Assembly (NCBI GenBank): GCA_964057225.1 | Contig: OZ059900.1 | Span: 22,320,001 to 22,384,000 of the forward strand | Source of the DNA: Auanema rhodensis | Taxonomy: Eukaryota > Animalia > Nematoda | Length of the DNA stretch: 64,000 nucleotides | Direction: 5' to 3' | Program-made: the position numbers and the translations under genes | Notes under the pieces: generated by a model | What the model was told of the DNA's origin: nothing | Database searches by the model: none | The model's input: the letters and a program-made list of their open reading frames with translations, nothing else | Shown: positions 12,401-26,651 of the stretch, one piece after another | Position numbering within the stretch: position 1 is the stretch's first letter | Layout: each line of letters begins with the position of its first letter

Positions 12401-15400
12401 AGTCAAATGCAACGAATTTCAGCGTGTTACATACTAAAATGAAGCATTTTACATGCTGAACACTAGAAAAATACAAAAACACAGTATTTCCCATGAGAAA
12501 TATTTTATTATGCTGGAAAACCAGTTTTTGGAATTTTCGCTGTAAACAAGGTTTTGACTTACGATTTCATGTGTTCAAACTCATGCAATGTCAATGAAAC
12601 CTAGCTCAAAATTGTTCGTACAACGTCTAGTTCCACTTTCACGACAAAAAAACAGGGGTTAGAAAATTAAGGAAATTAGCATATTCTGAGGGCACGCCCC
12701 TTATGGCTAATATTGATTAAATCGATTTTTGTTCATATGAGTCGTCAAATGCAACGAATTTCAGCGTGTTACATACTAAAATGAAGCATTTTACATGCTG
12801 AACACTAGAAAAATACAAAAACACAGTATTTCCCATGAGAAATATTTTATTATGCTGGAAAACCAGTTTTTGGAAATTTCGCTGTAAACAAGGTTTTGAC
12901 TTACGATTTCATGTGTTCAAACTCATGCAATGTCAATGAAACCTAGCTCAAAATTGTTCCTACAACGTCTAGTTCCACTTTCACGACAAAAAAACAGGGG
13001 TTAGAAAATTAAGGAAATTAGCATATTCTGAGGGCACGCCCCTTATGGCTAATATTGATTAAATCGATTTTTGTTTATATGAGTCGTCAAATGCAACGAA
13101 TTTCAGCGTGTTACATACTAAAATGGAGCATTTTACATGCTGAACACTAGAAAAATACAAAAACACAGTATTTCTCATGAGAAATATTTTATTATGCTGG
13201 AAAACCAGTTTTTGGAAATTTCGCTGTAAACAAGGTTTTGACTTACGATTTCATGTGTTCAAACTCATGCAATGTCAATGAAACCTAGCTCAAAATTGTT
13301 TGTACAACGTCTAGTTCCACTTTCACGACAAAAAAACAGGGGTTAGAAAATTAAGGAAATTAGCATATTCTGAGGGCACGCCCCTTATGGCTAATATTGA
13401 TTAAATCGATTTTTGTTCATATGAGTCGTCAAATGCAACGAATTTCAGCGTGTTACATACTAAAATGAAGCATTTTACATGCTGAACACTAGAAAAATAC
13501 AAAAACACAGTATTTCCCATGAGAAATATTTTATTATGCTGGAAAACCAGTTTTTGGAAATTTCGCTGTAAACAAGGTTTTGACTTACGATTTCATGTGT
13601 TCAAACTCATGCAATGTCAATGAAACCTAGCTCAAAATTGTTCCTACAACGTCTAGTTCCACTTTCACGACAAAAAAACAGGGGTTAGAAAATTAATGAA
13701 ATTAGCATATTCTGAGGGCACGCCCCTTATGGCTAATATTGATTGAATCGATTTTTGTTCATATGAGTCGTCAAATGCAACGAATTTCATCGTGTTACAT
13801 TCTAAAATGAAGCATTTTACATGCTGAACACTAGAAAAATACAAAAACACAGTATTTCTCATGAGAAATATTTTATTATGCTGGAAAACCAGTTTTTGGA
13901 AATTTCGCTGTAAACAAGGTTTTGACTTACGATTTCATGTGTTCAAACTCATGCAATGTCAATGAAACCTAGCTCAAAATTGTTTGTACAACGTCTAGTT
14001 CCACTTTCACGACAAAAAAACAGGGGTTAGAAAATTAAGGAAATTAGCATATTCTGAGGGCACGCCCCTTATGGCTAATATTGATTAAATCGATTTTTGT
14101 TCATATGAGTAGTCAAATGCAACGAATTTCAGCGTGTTACATACTAAAATGAAGCATTTTACATGCTGAACACTAGAAAAATACAAAAACACAGTATTTC
14201 CCATGAGAAATATTTTATTATGCTGGAAAACCAGTTTTTGGAATTTTCGCTGTAAACAAGGTTTTGACTTACGATTTCATGTGTTCAAACTCATGCAATG
14301 TCAATGAAACCTAGCTCAAAATTGTTCGTACAACGTCTAGTTCCACTTTCACGACAAAAAAACAGGGGTTAGAAAATTAAGGAAATTAGCATATTCTGAG
14401 GGCACGCCCCTTATGGCTAATATTGATTAAATCGATTTTTGTTCATATGAGTCGTCAAATGCAACGAATTTCAGCGTGTTACATACTAAAATGAAGCATT
14501 TCACATGCTGAACACTAGAAAAATACAAAAACACAGTATTTCCCATGAGAAATATTTTATTATGCTGGAAAACCAGTTTTTGGAAATTTCGCTGTAAACA
14601 AGGTTTTGACTTACGATTTCATGTGTTCAAACTCATGCAATGTCAATGAAACCTAGCTCAAAATTGTTCGTACAACGTCTAGTTCCACTTTCACGACAAA
14701 AAAACAGGGGTTAGAAAATTTAGGAAATTAGCATATTCTGAGGGCACGCCCCTTATGGCTAATATTGATTAAATCGATTTTTGTTCATATGAGTCGTCAA
14801 ATGCAACGAATTTCAGCGTGTTACATACTAAAATGAAGTATTTTACATGCTGAACACTAGAAAAATACAAAAACACAGTATTTCCCATGAGAAATATTTT
14901 ATTATGCTGGAAAACCAGTTTTTGGAATTTTCGCTGTAAACAAGGTTTTGACTTACGATTTCATGTGTTCAAACTCATGCAATGTCAATGAAACCTAGCT
15001 CAAAATTGTTCGTACAACGTCTAGTTCCACTTTCACGACAAAAAAACAGGGGTTAGAAAATTAAGGAAATTAGCATATTCTGAGGGCACGCCCCTTATGG
15101 CTAATATTGATTAAATCGATTTTTGTTCATATGAGTAGTCAAATGCAACGAATTTCAGCGTGTTACATACTAAAATGAAGCATTTTACATGCTGAACACT
15201 AGAAAAATACAAAAACACAGTATTTCCCATGAGAAATATTTTATTATGCTGGAAAACCAGTTTTTGGAATTTTCGCTGTAAACAAGGTTTTGACTTACGA
15301 TTTCATGTGTTCAAACTCATGCAATGTCAATGAAACCTAGCTCAAAATTGTTCGTACAACGTCTAGTTCCACTTTCACGACAAAAAAACAGGGGTTAGAA

Positions 15401-17100
15401 AATTTAGGAAATTAGCATATTCTGAGGGCACGCCCCTTATGGCTAATATTGATTAAATCGATTTTTGTTCATATGAGTCGTCAAATGCAACGAATTTCAG
15501 CGTGTTACATACTAAAATGAAGTATTTTACATGCTGAACACTAGAAAAATACAAAAACACAGTATTTCCCATGAGAAATATTTTATTATGCTGGAAAACC
15601 AGTTTTTGGAATTTTCGCTGTAAACAAGGTTTTGACTTACGATTTCATGTGTTCAAACTCATGCAATGTCAATGAAACCTAGCTCAAAATTGTTTGTACA
15701 ACGTCTAGTTCCACTTTCACGACAAAAAAACAGGGGTTAGAAAATTAAGGAAATTAGCATATTCTGAGGGCACGCCCCTTATGGCTAATATTGATTAAAT
15801 CGATTTTTGTTCATATGAGTAGTCAAATGCAACGAATTTCAGCGTGTTACATACTAAAATGAAGCATTTTACATGCTGAACACTAGAAAAATACAAAAAC
15901 ACAGTATTTCCCATGAGAAATATTTTATTATGCTGGAAAACCAGTTTTTGGAATTTTCGCTGTAAACAAGGTTTTGACTTACGATTTCATGTGTTCAAAC
16001 TCATGCAATGTCAATGAAACCTAGCTCAAAATTGTTCGTACAACGTCTAGTTCCACTTTCACGACAAAAAAACAGGGGTTAGAAAATTAAGGAAATTAGC
16101 ATATTCTGAGGGCACGCCCCTTATGGCTAATATTGATTAAATCGATTTTTGTTCATATGAGTCGTCAAATGCAACGAATTTCAGCGTGTTACATACTAAA
16201 ATGAAGCATTTCACATGCTGAACACTAGAAGAATACAAAAACACAGTATTTCCCATGAGAAATATTTTATTATGCTGGAAAACCAGTTTTTGGAAATTTC
16301 GCTGTAAACAAGGTTTTGACTTACGATTTCATGTGTTCAAACTCATGCAATGTCAATGAAACCTAGCTCAAAATTGTTCGTACAACGTCTAGTTCCACTT
16401 TCACGACAAAAAAACAGGGGTTAGAAAATTTAGGAAATTAGCATATTCTGAGGGCACGCCCCTTATGGCTAATATTGATTAAATCGATTTTTGTTCATAT
16501 GAGTCGTCAAATGCAACGAATTTCAGCGTGTTACATACTAAAACGAAGTATTTTACATGCTGAACACTAGAAAAATACAAAAACACAGTATTTCCCATGA
16601 GAAATATTTTATTATGCTGGAAAACCAGTTTTTGGAATTTTCGCTGTAAACAAGGTTTTGACTTACGATTTCATGTGTTCAAACTCATGCAATGTCAATG
16701 AAACCTAGCTCAAAATTGTTCGTACAACGTCTAGTTCCACTTTCACGACAAAAAAACAGGGGTTAGAAAATTAAGGAAATTAGCATATTCTGAGGGCACG
16801 CCTCTTATGGCTAATATTGATTAAATCGATTTTTGTTCATATGAGTCGTCAAATGCAACGAATTTCAGCGTGTTACATACTAAAATGAAGCATTTTACAT
16901 GCTGAACACTAGAAAAATACAAAAACACAGTATTTCCCATGAGAAATATTTTATTATGCTGGAAAACCAGTTTTTGGAAATTTCGCTGTAAACAAGGTTT
17001 TGACTTACGATTTCATGTGTTCAAACTCATGCAATGTCAATGAAACCTAGCTCAAAACTGTTCCTACAACGTCTAGTTCCACTTTCACGACAAAAAAACA
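6499..17100. repeat. Higher-order repeat: tandem duplication of a 15/16-monomer block (6499-11628 and 11629-17100; offset 5130 bp)
   Basis: Variant order in monomers 20-32 is repeated in 35-47, including the rare 4-SNP monomer at 8551 and 13681 and GAGAGC at about 7218 and 12348. The identical 65-aa ORFs are 5130 bp (15 x 342) apart. Confidence 0.9.
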
Positions 17101-20100
17101 GGGGTTAGAAAATTAAGGAAATTAGCATATTCTGAGGGCACGCCCCTTATGGCTAATATTGATTAAATCGATTTTTGTTCATATGAGTCGTCAAATGCAA
17201 CGAATTTCAGCGTGTTACATACTAAAATGAAGCATTTTACATGCTGAACACTATAAAAATACAAAAACACAGTATTTCCCATGAGAAATATTTTATTATG
17301 CTGGAAAACCAGTTTTTGGAAATTTCGCTGTAAACAAGGTTTTGACTTACGATTTCATGTGTTCAAACTCATGCAATGTCAATGAAACCTAGCTCAAAAT
17401 TGTTCCTACAACGTCTAATTCCACTTTCACGACAAAAAAACAGGGGTTAGAAAATTAAGGAAATTAGCATATTCTGAGGGCACGCCCCTTATGGCTAATA
17501 TTGATTAAATCGATTTTTGTTCATATGAGTCGTCAAATGCAACGAATTTCAGCGTGTTACATACTAAAATGAAGCATTTTACATGCTGAACACTATAAAA
17601 ATACAAAAACACAGTATTTCCCATGAGAAATATTTTATTATGCTGGAAAACCAGTTTTTGGAAATTTCGCTGTAAACAAGGTTTTGACTTACGATTTCAT
17701 GTGTTCAAACTCATGCAATGTCAATGAAACCTAGCTCAAAATTGTTCCTACAACGTCTAGTTCCACTTTCACGACAAAAAACAGGGGTTAGAAAATTAAG
17801 GAAATTAGCATATTCTGAGGGCACGCCCCTTATGGCTAATATTGATTAAATCGATTTTTGTTCATATGAGTCGTCAAATGCAACGAATTTCAGCGTGTTA
17901 CATACTAAAATGAAGCATTTTACATGCTGAACACTAGAAAAATACAAAAACACAGTATTTCTCATGAGAAATATTTTATTATGCTGGAAAACCAGTTTTT
18001 GGAAATTTCGCTGTAAACAAGGTTTTGATTTACGATTTCATGTGTTCAAACTCATGCAATGTCAATGAAACCTAGCTCAAAATTGTTTGTACAACGTCTA
18101 GTTCCACTTTCACGACAAAAAAACAGGGGTTAGAAAATTAAGGAAATTAGCATATTCTGAGGGCACGCCCCTTATGGCTAATATTGATTAAATCGATTTT
18201 TGTTCATATGAGTCGTCAAATGCAACGAATTTCAGCGTGTTACATACTAAAATGAAGCATTTTACATGCTGAACACTAGAAAAATACAAAAACACAGTAT
18301 TTCCCATGAGAAATATTTTATTATGCTGGAAAACCAGTTTTTGGAAATTTCGCTGTAAACAAGGTTTTGACTTACGATTTCATGTGTTCAAACTCATGCA
18401 ATGTCAATGAAACCTAGCTCAAAATTGTTCCTACAACGTCTAGTTCCACTTTCACGACAAAAAAACAGGGGTTAGAAAATTAAGGAAATTAGCATATTCT
18501 GAGGGCACGCCCCTTATGGCTAATATTGATTAAATCGATTTTTGTTCATATGAGTCGTCAAATGCAACGAATTTCAGCGTGTTACATACAATGAAGCATT
18601 TCACATGCTGAACACTAGAAAAATACAAAAACACAGTATTTCCCATGAGAAATATTTTATTATGCTGGAAAACCAGTTTTTGGAAATTTCGCTGTAAACA
18701 AGTTTTTGACTTACGATTTCATGTGTTCAAACTCATGCAATGTCAATGAAACCTAGCTCAAAATTGTTCCTACAACGTCTAGTTCCACTTTCACGACAAA
18801 AAAACAGGGGTTAGAAAATTAAGGAAATTAGCATATTCTGAGGGCACGCCTCTTATGGCTAATATTGATTAAATCGATTTTTGTTCATATGAGTCGTCAA
18901 ATGCAACGAATTTCAGCGTGTTACATACTAAAATGAAGCATTTTACATGCTGAACACTATAAAATTACAAAAACACAGTATTTCCCATGAGAAATATTTT
19001 ATTATGCTGGAAAACCAGTTTTTGGAATTTTCGCTGTAAACAAGGTTTTGACTTACGATTTCATGTGTTCAAACTCATGCAATGTCAATGAAACCTAGCT
19101 CAAAATTGTTCGTACAACGTCTAGTTCCACTTTCACGACAAAAAAACAGGGGTTAGAAAATTAAGGAAATTAGCATATTCTGAGGGCACGCCCCTTATGG
19201 CTAATATTGATTAAATCGATTTTTGTTCATATGAGTCGTCAAATGCAACGAATTTCAGCGTGTTACATACTAAAATGAAGCATTTTACATGCTGAACACT
19301 AGAAAAATACAAAAACACAGTATTTCCCATGAGAAATATTTTATTATGCTGGAAAACCAGTTTTTGGAAATTTCGCTGTAAACAAGGTTTTGACTTACGA
19401 TTTCATGTGTTCAAACTCATGCAATGTCAATGAAACCTAGCTCAAAATTGTTCCTACAACGTCTAGTTCCACTTTCACGACAAAAAAACAGGGGTTAGAA
19501 AATTAAGGAAATTAGCATATTCTGAGGGCACGCCTCTTATGGCTAATATTGATTAAATCGATTTTTGTTCATATGAGTCGTCAAATGCAACGAATTTCAG
19601 CGTGTTACATACTAAAATGAAGCATTTTACATGCTGAACACTAGAAAAATACAAAAACACAGTATTTCCCATGAGAAATATTTTATTATGCTGGAAAACC
19701 AGTTTTTGGAAATTTCGCTGTAAACAAGGTTTTGACTTACGATTTCATGTGTTCAAACTCATGCAATGTCAATGAAACCTAGCTCAAAACTGTTCCTACA
19801 ACGTCTAGTTCCACTTTCACGACAAAAAAACAGGGGTTAGAAAATTAAGGAAATTAGCATATTCTGAGGGCACGCCCCTTATGGCTAATATTGATTAAAT
19901 CGATTTTTGTTCATATGAGTCGTCAAATGCAACGAATTTCAGCGTGTTACATACTAAAATGAAGCATTTTACATGCTGAACACTATAAAAATACAAAAAC
20001 ACAGTATTTCCCATGAGAAATATTTTATTATGCTGGAAAACCAGTTTTTGGAAATTTCGCTGTAAACAAGGTTTTGACTTACGATTTCATGTGTTCAAAC

Positions 20101-23100
20101 TCATGCAATGTCAATGAAACCTAGCTCAAAATTGTTCCTACAACGTCTAATTCCACTTTCACGACAAAAAAACAGGGGTTAGAAAATTAAGGAAATTAGC
20201 ATATTCTGAGGGCTTATGGCTAATATTGATTAAATCGATTTTTGTTCATATGAGTCGTCAAATGCAACGAATTTCAGCGTGTTACATACTAAAATGAAGC
20301 ATTTTACATGCTGAACACTATAAAAATACAAAAACACAGTATTTCCCATGAGAAATATTTTATTATGCTGGAAAACCAGTTTTTGGAAATTTCGCTGTAA
20401 ACAAGGTTTTGACTTACGATTTCATGTGTTCAAACTCATGCAATGTCAATGAAACCTAGCTCAAAATTGTTCCTACAACGTCTAGTTCCACTTTCACGAC
20501 AAAAAACAGGGGTTAGAAAATTAAGGAAATTAGCATATTCTGAGGGCACGCCCCTTATGGCTAATATTGATTAAATCGATTTTTGTTCATATGAGTCGTC
20601 AAATGCAACGAATTTCAGCGTGTTACATACTAAAATGAAGCATTTTACATGCTGAACACTAGAAAAATACAAAAACACAGTATTTCTCATGAGAAATATT
20701 TTATTATGCTGGAAAACCAGTTTTTGGAAATTTCGCTGTAAACAAGGTTTTGATTTACGATTTCATGTGTTCAAACTCATGCAATGTCAATGAAACCTAG
20801 CTCAAAATTGTTCCTACAACGTCTAGTTCCACTTTCACGACAAAAAAACAGGGGTTAGAAAATTAAGGAAATTAGCATATTCTGAGGGCACGCCTCTTAT
20901 GGCTAATATTGATTAAATCGATTTTTGTTCATATGAGTCGTCAAATGCAACGAATTTCAGCGTGTTACATACTAAAATGAAGCATTTTACATGCTGAACA
21001 CTATAAAATTACAAAAACACAGTATTTCCCATGAGAAATATTTTATTATGCTGGAAAACCAGTTTTTGGAATTTTCGCTGTAAACAAGGTTTTGACTTAC
21101 GATTTCATGTGTTCAAACTCATGCAATGTCAATGAAACCTAGCTCAAAATTGTTCGTACAACGTCTAGTTCCACTTTCACGACAAAAAAACAGGGGTTAG
21201 AAAATTAAGGAAATTAGCATATTCTGAGGGCACGCCCCTTATGGCTAATATTGATTAAATCGATTTTTGTTCATATGAGTCGTCAAATGCAACGAATTTC
21301 AGCGTGTTACATACTAAAATGAAGCATTTTACATGCTGAACACTAGAAAAATACAAAAACACAGTATTTCCCATGAGAAATATTTTATTATGCTGGAAAA
21401 CCAGTTTTTGGAAATTTCGCTGTAAACAAGGTTTTGACTTACGATTTCATGTGTTCAAACTCATGCAATGTCAATGAAACCTAGCTCAAAATTGTTCCTA
21501 CAACGTCTAGTTCCACTTTCACGACAAAAAAACAGGGGTTAGAAAATTAAGGAAATTAGCATATTCTGAGGGCACGCCTCTTATGGCTAATATTGATTAA
21601 ATCGATTTTTGTTCATATGAGTCGTCAAATGCAACGAATTTCAGCGTGTTACATACTAAAATGAAGCATTTTACATGCTGAACACTAGAAAAATACAAAA
21701 ACACAGTATTTCCCATGAGAAATATTTTATTATGCTGGAAAACCAGTTTTTGGAAATTTCGCTGTAAACAAGGTTTTGACTTACGATTTCATGTGTTCAA
21801 ACTCATGCAATGTCAATGAAACCTAGCTCAAAACTGTTCCTACAACGTCTAGTTCCACTTTCACGACAAAAAAACAGGGGTTAGAAAATTAAGGAAATTA
21901 GCATATTCTGAGGGCACGCCCCTTATGGCTAATATTGATTAAATCGATTTTTGTTCATATGAGTCGTCAAATGCAACGAATTTCAGCGTGTTACATACTA
22001 AAATGAAGCATTTTACATGCTGAACACTATAAAAATACAAAAACACAGTATTTCCCATGAGAAATATTTTATTATGCTGGAAAACCAGTTTTTGGAAATT
22101 TCGCTGTAAACAAGGTTTTGACTTACGATTTCATGTGTTCAAACTCATGCAATGTCAATGAAACCTAGCTCAAAATTGTTCCTACAACGTCTAATTCCAC
22201 TTTCACGACAAAAAAACAGGGGTTAGAAAATTAAGGAAATTAGCATATTCTGAGGGCTTATGGCTAATATTGATTAAATCGATTTTTGTTCATATGAGTC
22301 GTCAAATGCAACGAATTTCAGCGTGTTACATACTAAAATGAAGCATTTTACATGCTGAACACTATAAAAATACAAAAACACAGTATTTCCCATGAGAAAT
22401 ATTTTATTATGCTGGAAAACCAGTTTTTGGAAATTTCGCTGTAAACAAGGTTTTGACTTACGATTTCATGTGTTCAAACTCATGCAATGTCAATGAAACC
22501 TAGCTCAAAATTGTTCCTACAACGTCTAGTTCCACTTTCACGACAAAAAACAGGGGTTAGAAAATTAAGGAAATTAGCATATTCTGAGGGCACGCCCCTT
22601 ATGGCTAATATTGATTAAATCGATTTTTGTTCATATGAGTCGTCAAATGCAACGAATTTCAGCGTGTTACATACTAAAATGAAGCATTTTACATGCTGAA
22701 CACTAGAAAAATACAAAAACACAGTATTTCTCATGAGAAATATTTTATTATGCTGGAAAACCAGTTTTTGGAAATTTCGCTGTAAACAAGGTTTTGATTT
22801 ACGATTTCATGTGTTCAAACTCATGCAATGTCAATGAAACCTAGCTCAAAATTGTTTGTACAACGTCTAGTTCCACTTTCACGACAAAAAAACAGGGGTT
22901 AGAAAATTAAGGAAATTAGCATATTCTGAGGGCACGCCCCTTATGGCTAATATTGATTAAATCGATTTTTGTTCATATGAGTCGTCAAATGCAACGAATT
23001 TCAGCGTGTTACATACAATGAAGCATTTCACATGCTGAACACTAGAAAAATACAAAAACACAGTATTTCCCATGAGAAATATTTTATTATGCTGGAAAAC

Positions 23101-23575
23101 CAGTTTTTGGAAATTTCGCTGTAAACAAGTTTTTGACTTACGATTTCATGTGTTCAAACTCATGCAATGTCAATGAAACCTAGCTCAAAATTGTTCCTAC
23201 AACGTCTAGTTCCACTTTCACGACAAAAAAACAGGGGTTAGAAAATTAAGGAAATTAGCATATTCTGAGGGCACGCCTCTTATGGCTAATATTGATTAAA
23301 TCGATTTTTGTTCATATGAGTCGTCAAATGCAACAAATTTCAGCGTGTTACATACTAAAATGAAGCATTTTACATGCTGAACACTATAAAATTACAAAAA
23401 CACAGTATTTCCCATGAGAAATATTTTATTATGCTGGAAAACCAGTTTTTGGAAATTTCGCTGTAAACAAGGTTTTGACTTACGATTTCATGTGTTCAAA
23501 CTCATGCAATGTCAATGAAACCTAGCTCAAAATTGTTCCTACAACGTCTAGTTCCACTTTCACGACAAAAAAACA
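16759..23575. repeat. Higher-order repeat: three related units (8-mer at 16759-19490, 6-mers at 19491-21534 and 21535-23575)
   Basis: The order CCTCT+AAAACTG / CTATA+CTAATT / CTATA+A6 / TCTC+TGATTT starts at 16759, 19491 and 21535. A 7-bp deletion at about 20213 and 22257 (2044 bp apart) is shared by units 2 and 3. Confidence 0.85.
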
Positions 23576-26500
23576 GGGGTTAGAAAATTAAGGAAATTAG
23601 CATATTCTGAGGGCACGCCCCTTATGGCTAATATTGATTAAATCGATTTTTGTTCATATGAGTCGTCAAATGAAACGAATTTCAGCGTGTTACATACTAA
23701 AATGAAGCATTTTACATGCTGAACACTATAAAAATACAAAAACACAGTATTTCCCATGAGAAATATTTTATTATGCTGGAAAACCAGTTTTTGGAAAGTT
23801 CGCTGTAAATAAGGTTTTGACTTACGATTTCATGTGTTCAAACTCATGCAATGTCAATGAAACCTAGCTCAAAATTGTTCCTACAACGTCTAGTTCCACT
23901 TTCACGACAAAAAACAGGGGTTAGAAAATTAAGGAAATTAGCATATTCTGAGGGCACGCCCCTTATGGCTAATATTGATTAAATCGATTTTTGTTCATAT
24001 GAGTCGTCAAATGCAACGAATTTCAGCGTGTTACATACTAAAATGAAGCATTTTACATGCTGAACACTAGAAAAATACAAAAACACAGTATTTCCCATGA
24101 GAAATATTTTATTATGCTGGAAAACCAGTTTTTGGAAATTTCGCTGTAAACAAGGTTTTGACTTACGATTTCATGTGTTCAAACTCATGCAATGTCAATG
24201 AAACCTAGCTCAAAATTGTTCCTACAACGTCTAGTTCCACTTTCACGACAAAAAAACAGGGGTTAGAAAATTAAGGAAATTAGCATATTCTGAGGGCACG
24301 CCCCTTATGGCTAATATTGATTAAATCGATTTTTGTTCATATGAGTCGTCAAATGCAACGAATTTCAGCGTGTTACATACTAAAATGAAGCATTTCACAT
24401 GCTGAACACTAGAAAAATACAAAAACACAGTATTTCCCATGAGAAATATTTTATTATGCTGGAAAACCAGTTTTTGGAAATTTCGCTGTAAACAAGTTTT
24501 TGACTTACGATTTCATGTGTTCAAACTCATGCAATGTCAATGAAACCTAGCTCAAAACTGTTCCTACAACGTCTAGTTCCACTTTCACGACAAAAAAACA
24601 GGGGTTAGAAAATTAAGGAAATTAGCATATTCTGAGGGCACGCCTCTTATGGCTAATATTGATTAAATCGATTTTTGTTCATATGAGTCGTCAAATGCAA
24701 CGAATTTCAGCGTGTTACATACTAAAATGAAGCATTTTACATGCTGAACACTAGAAAAATACAAAAACACAGTATTTCCCATGAGAAATATTTTATTATG
24801 CTGGAAAACCAGTTTTTGGAAATTTCGCTGTAAACAAGGTTTTGACTTACGATTTCATGTGTTCAAACTCATGCAATGTCAATGAAACCTAGCTCAAAAT
24901 TGTTCCTACAACGTCTAGTTCCACTTTCACGACAAAAAAACAGGGGTTAGAAAATTAAGGAAATTAGCATATTCTGAGGGCACGCCCCTTATGGCTAATA
25001 TTGATTAAATCGATTTTTGTTCATATGAGTCGTCAAATGCAACGAATTTCAGCGTGTTACATACTAAAATGAAGCATTTCACATGCTGAACACTAGAAAA
25101 ATACAAAAACACAGTATTTCCCATGAGAAATATTTTATTATGCTGGAAAACCAGTTTTTGGAAATTTCGCTGTAAACAAGTTTTTGACTTACGATTTCAT
25201 GTGTTCAAACTCATGCAATGTCAATGAAACCTAGCTCAAAACTGTTCCTACAACGTCTAGTTCCACTTTCACGACAAAAAAACAGGGGTTAGAAAATTAA
25301 GGAAATTAGCATATTCTGAGGGCACGCCTCTTATGGCTAATATTGATTAAATCGATTTTTGTTCATATGAGTCGTCAAATGCAACGAATTTCAGCGTGTT
25401 ACATACTAAAATGAAGCATTTTACATGCTGAACACTACAAAATTACAAAAACACAGTATTTCCCATGAGAAATATTTTATTATGCTGGAAAACCAGTTTT
25501 TGGAAATTTCGCTGTAAACAAGGTTTTGACTTACGATTTCATGTGTTCAAACTCATGCAATGTCAATGAAACCTAGCTCAAAATTGTTCCTACAACGTCT
25601 TGTTCCACTTTCACGACAAAAAAACAGGGGTTAGAAAATTAAGGAAATTAGCATATTCTGAGGGCACGCCCCTTATGGCTAATATTGATTAAATCGATTT
25701 TTGTTCATATGAGTCGTCAAATGCAACGAATTTCAGCGTGTTACATACTGAAATGAAGCATTTTACATGCTGAACACTATAAAAATACAAAAACACAGTA
25801 TTTCCCATGAGAAATATTTTATTATGCTGGAAAACCAGTTTTTGGAAATTTCGCTGTAAACAAGGTTTTGACTTACGATTTCATGTGTTCAAACTCATGC
25901 AATGTCAATGAAACCTAGCTCAAAATTGTTCCTACAACGTCTAGTTCCACTTTCACGACAAAAAACAGGGGTTAGAAAATTAAGGAAATTAGCATATTCT
26001 GAGGGCACGCCCCTTATGGCTAATATTGATTAAATCGATTTTTGTTCATATGAGTCGTCAAATGCAACGAATTTCAGCGTGTTACATACTAAAATGAAGC
26101 ATTTTACATGCTGAACACTATAAAATTACAAAAACACAGTATTTCCCATGAGAAATATTTTATTATGCTGGAAAACCAGTTTTTGGAAATTTCGCTGTAA
26201 ACAAGGTTTTGACTTACGATTTCATGTGTTCAAACTCATGCAATGTCAATGAAACCTAGCTCAAAATTGTTCCTACAACGTCTAGTTCCACTTTCACGAC
26301 AAAAAAACAGGGGTTAGAAAATTAAGGAAATTAGCATATTCTGAGGGCACGCCCCTTATGGCTAATATTGATTAAATCGATTTTTGTTCATATGAGTCGT
26401 CAAATGCAACGAATTTCAGCGTGGTACATACTAAAATGAAGCATTTTACATGCTGAACACTATAAAAATACAAAAACACAGTATTTCCCATGAGAAATAT

Positions 26501-26651
26501 TTTATTATGCTGGAAAACCAGTTTTTGGAAATTTCGCTGTAAACAAGGTTTTGACTTACGATTTCATGTGTTCAAACTCATGCAATGTCAATGAAACCTA
26601 GCTCAAAATTGTTCCTACAACGTCTAGTTCCACTTTCACGACAAAAAAACA

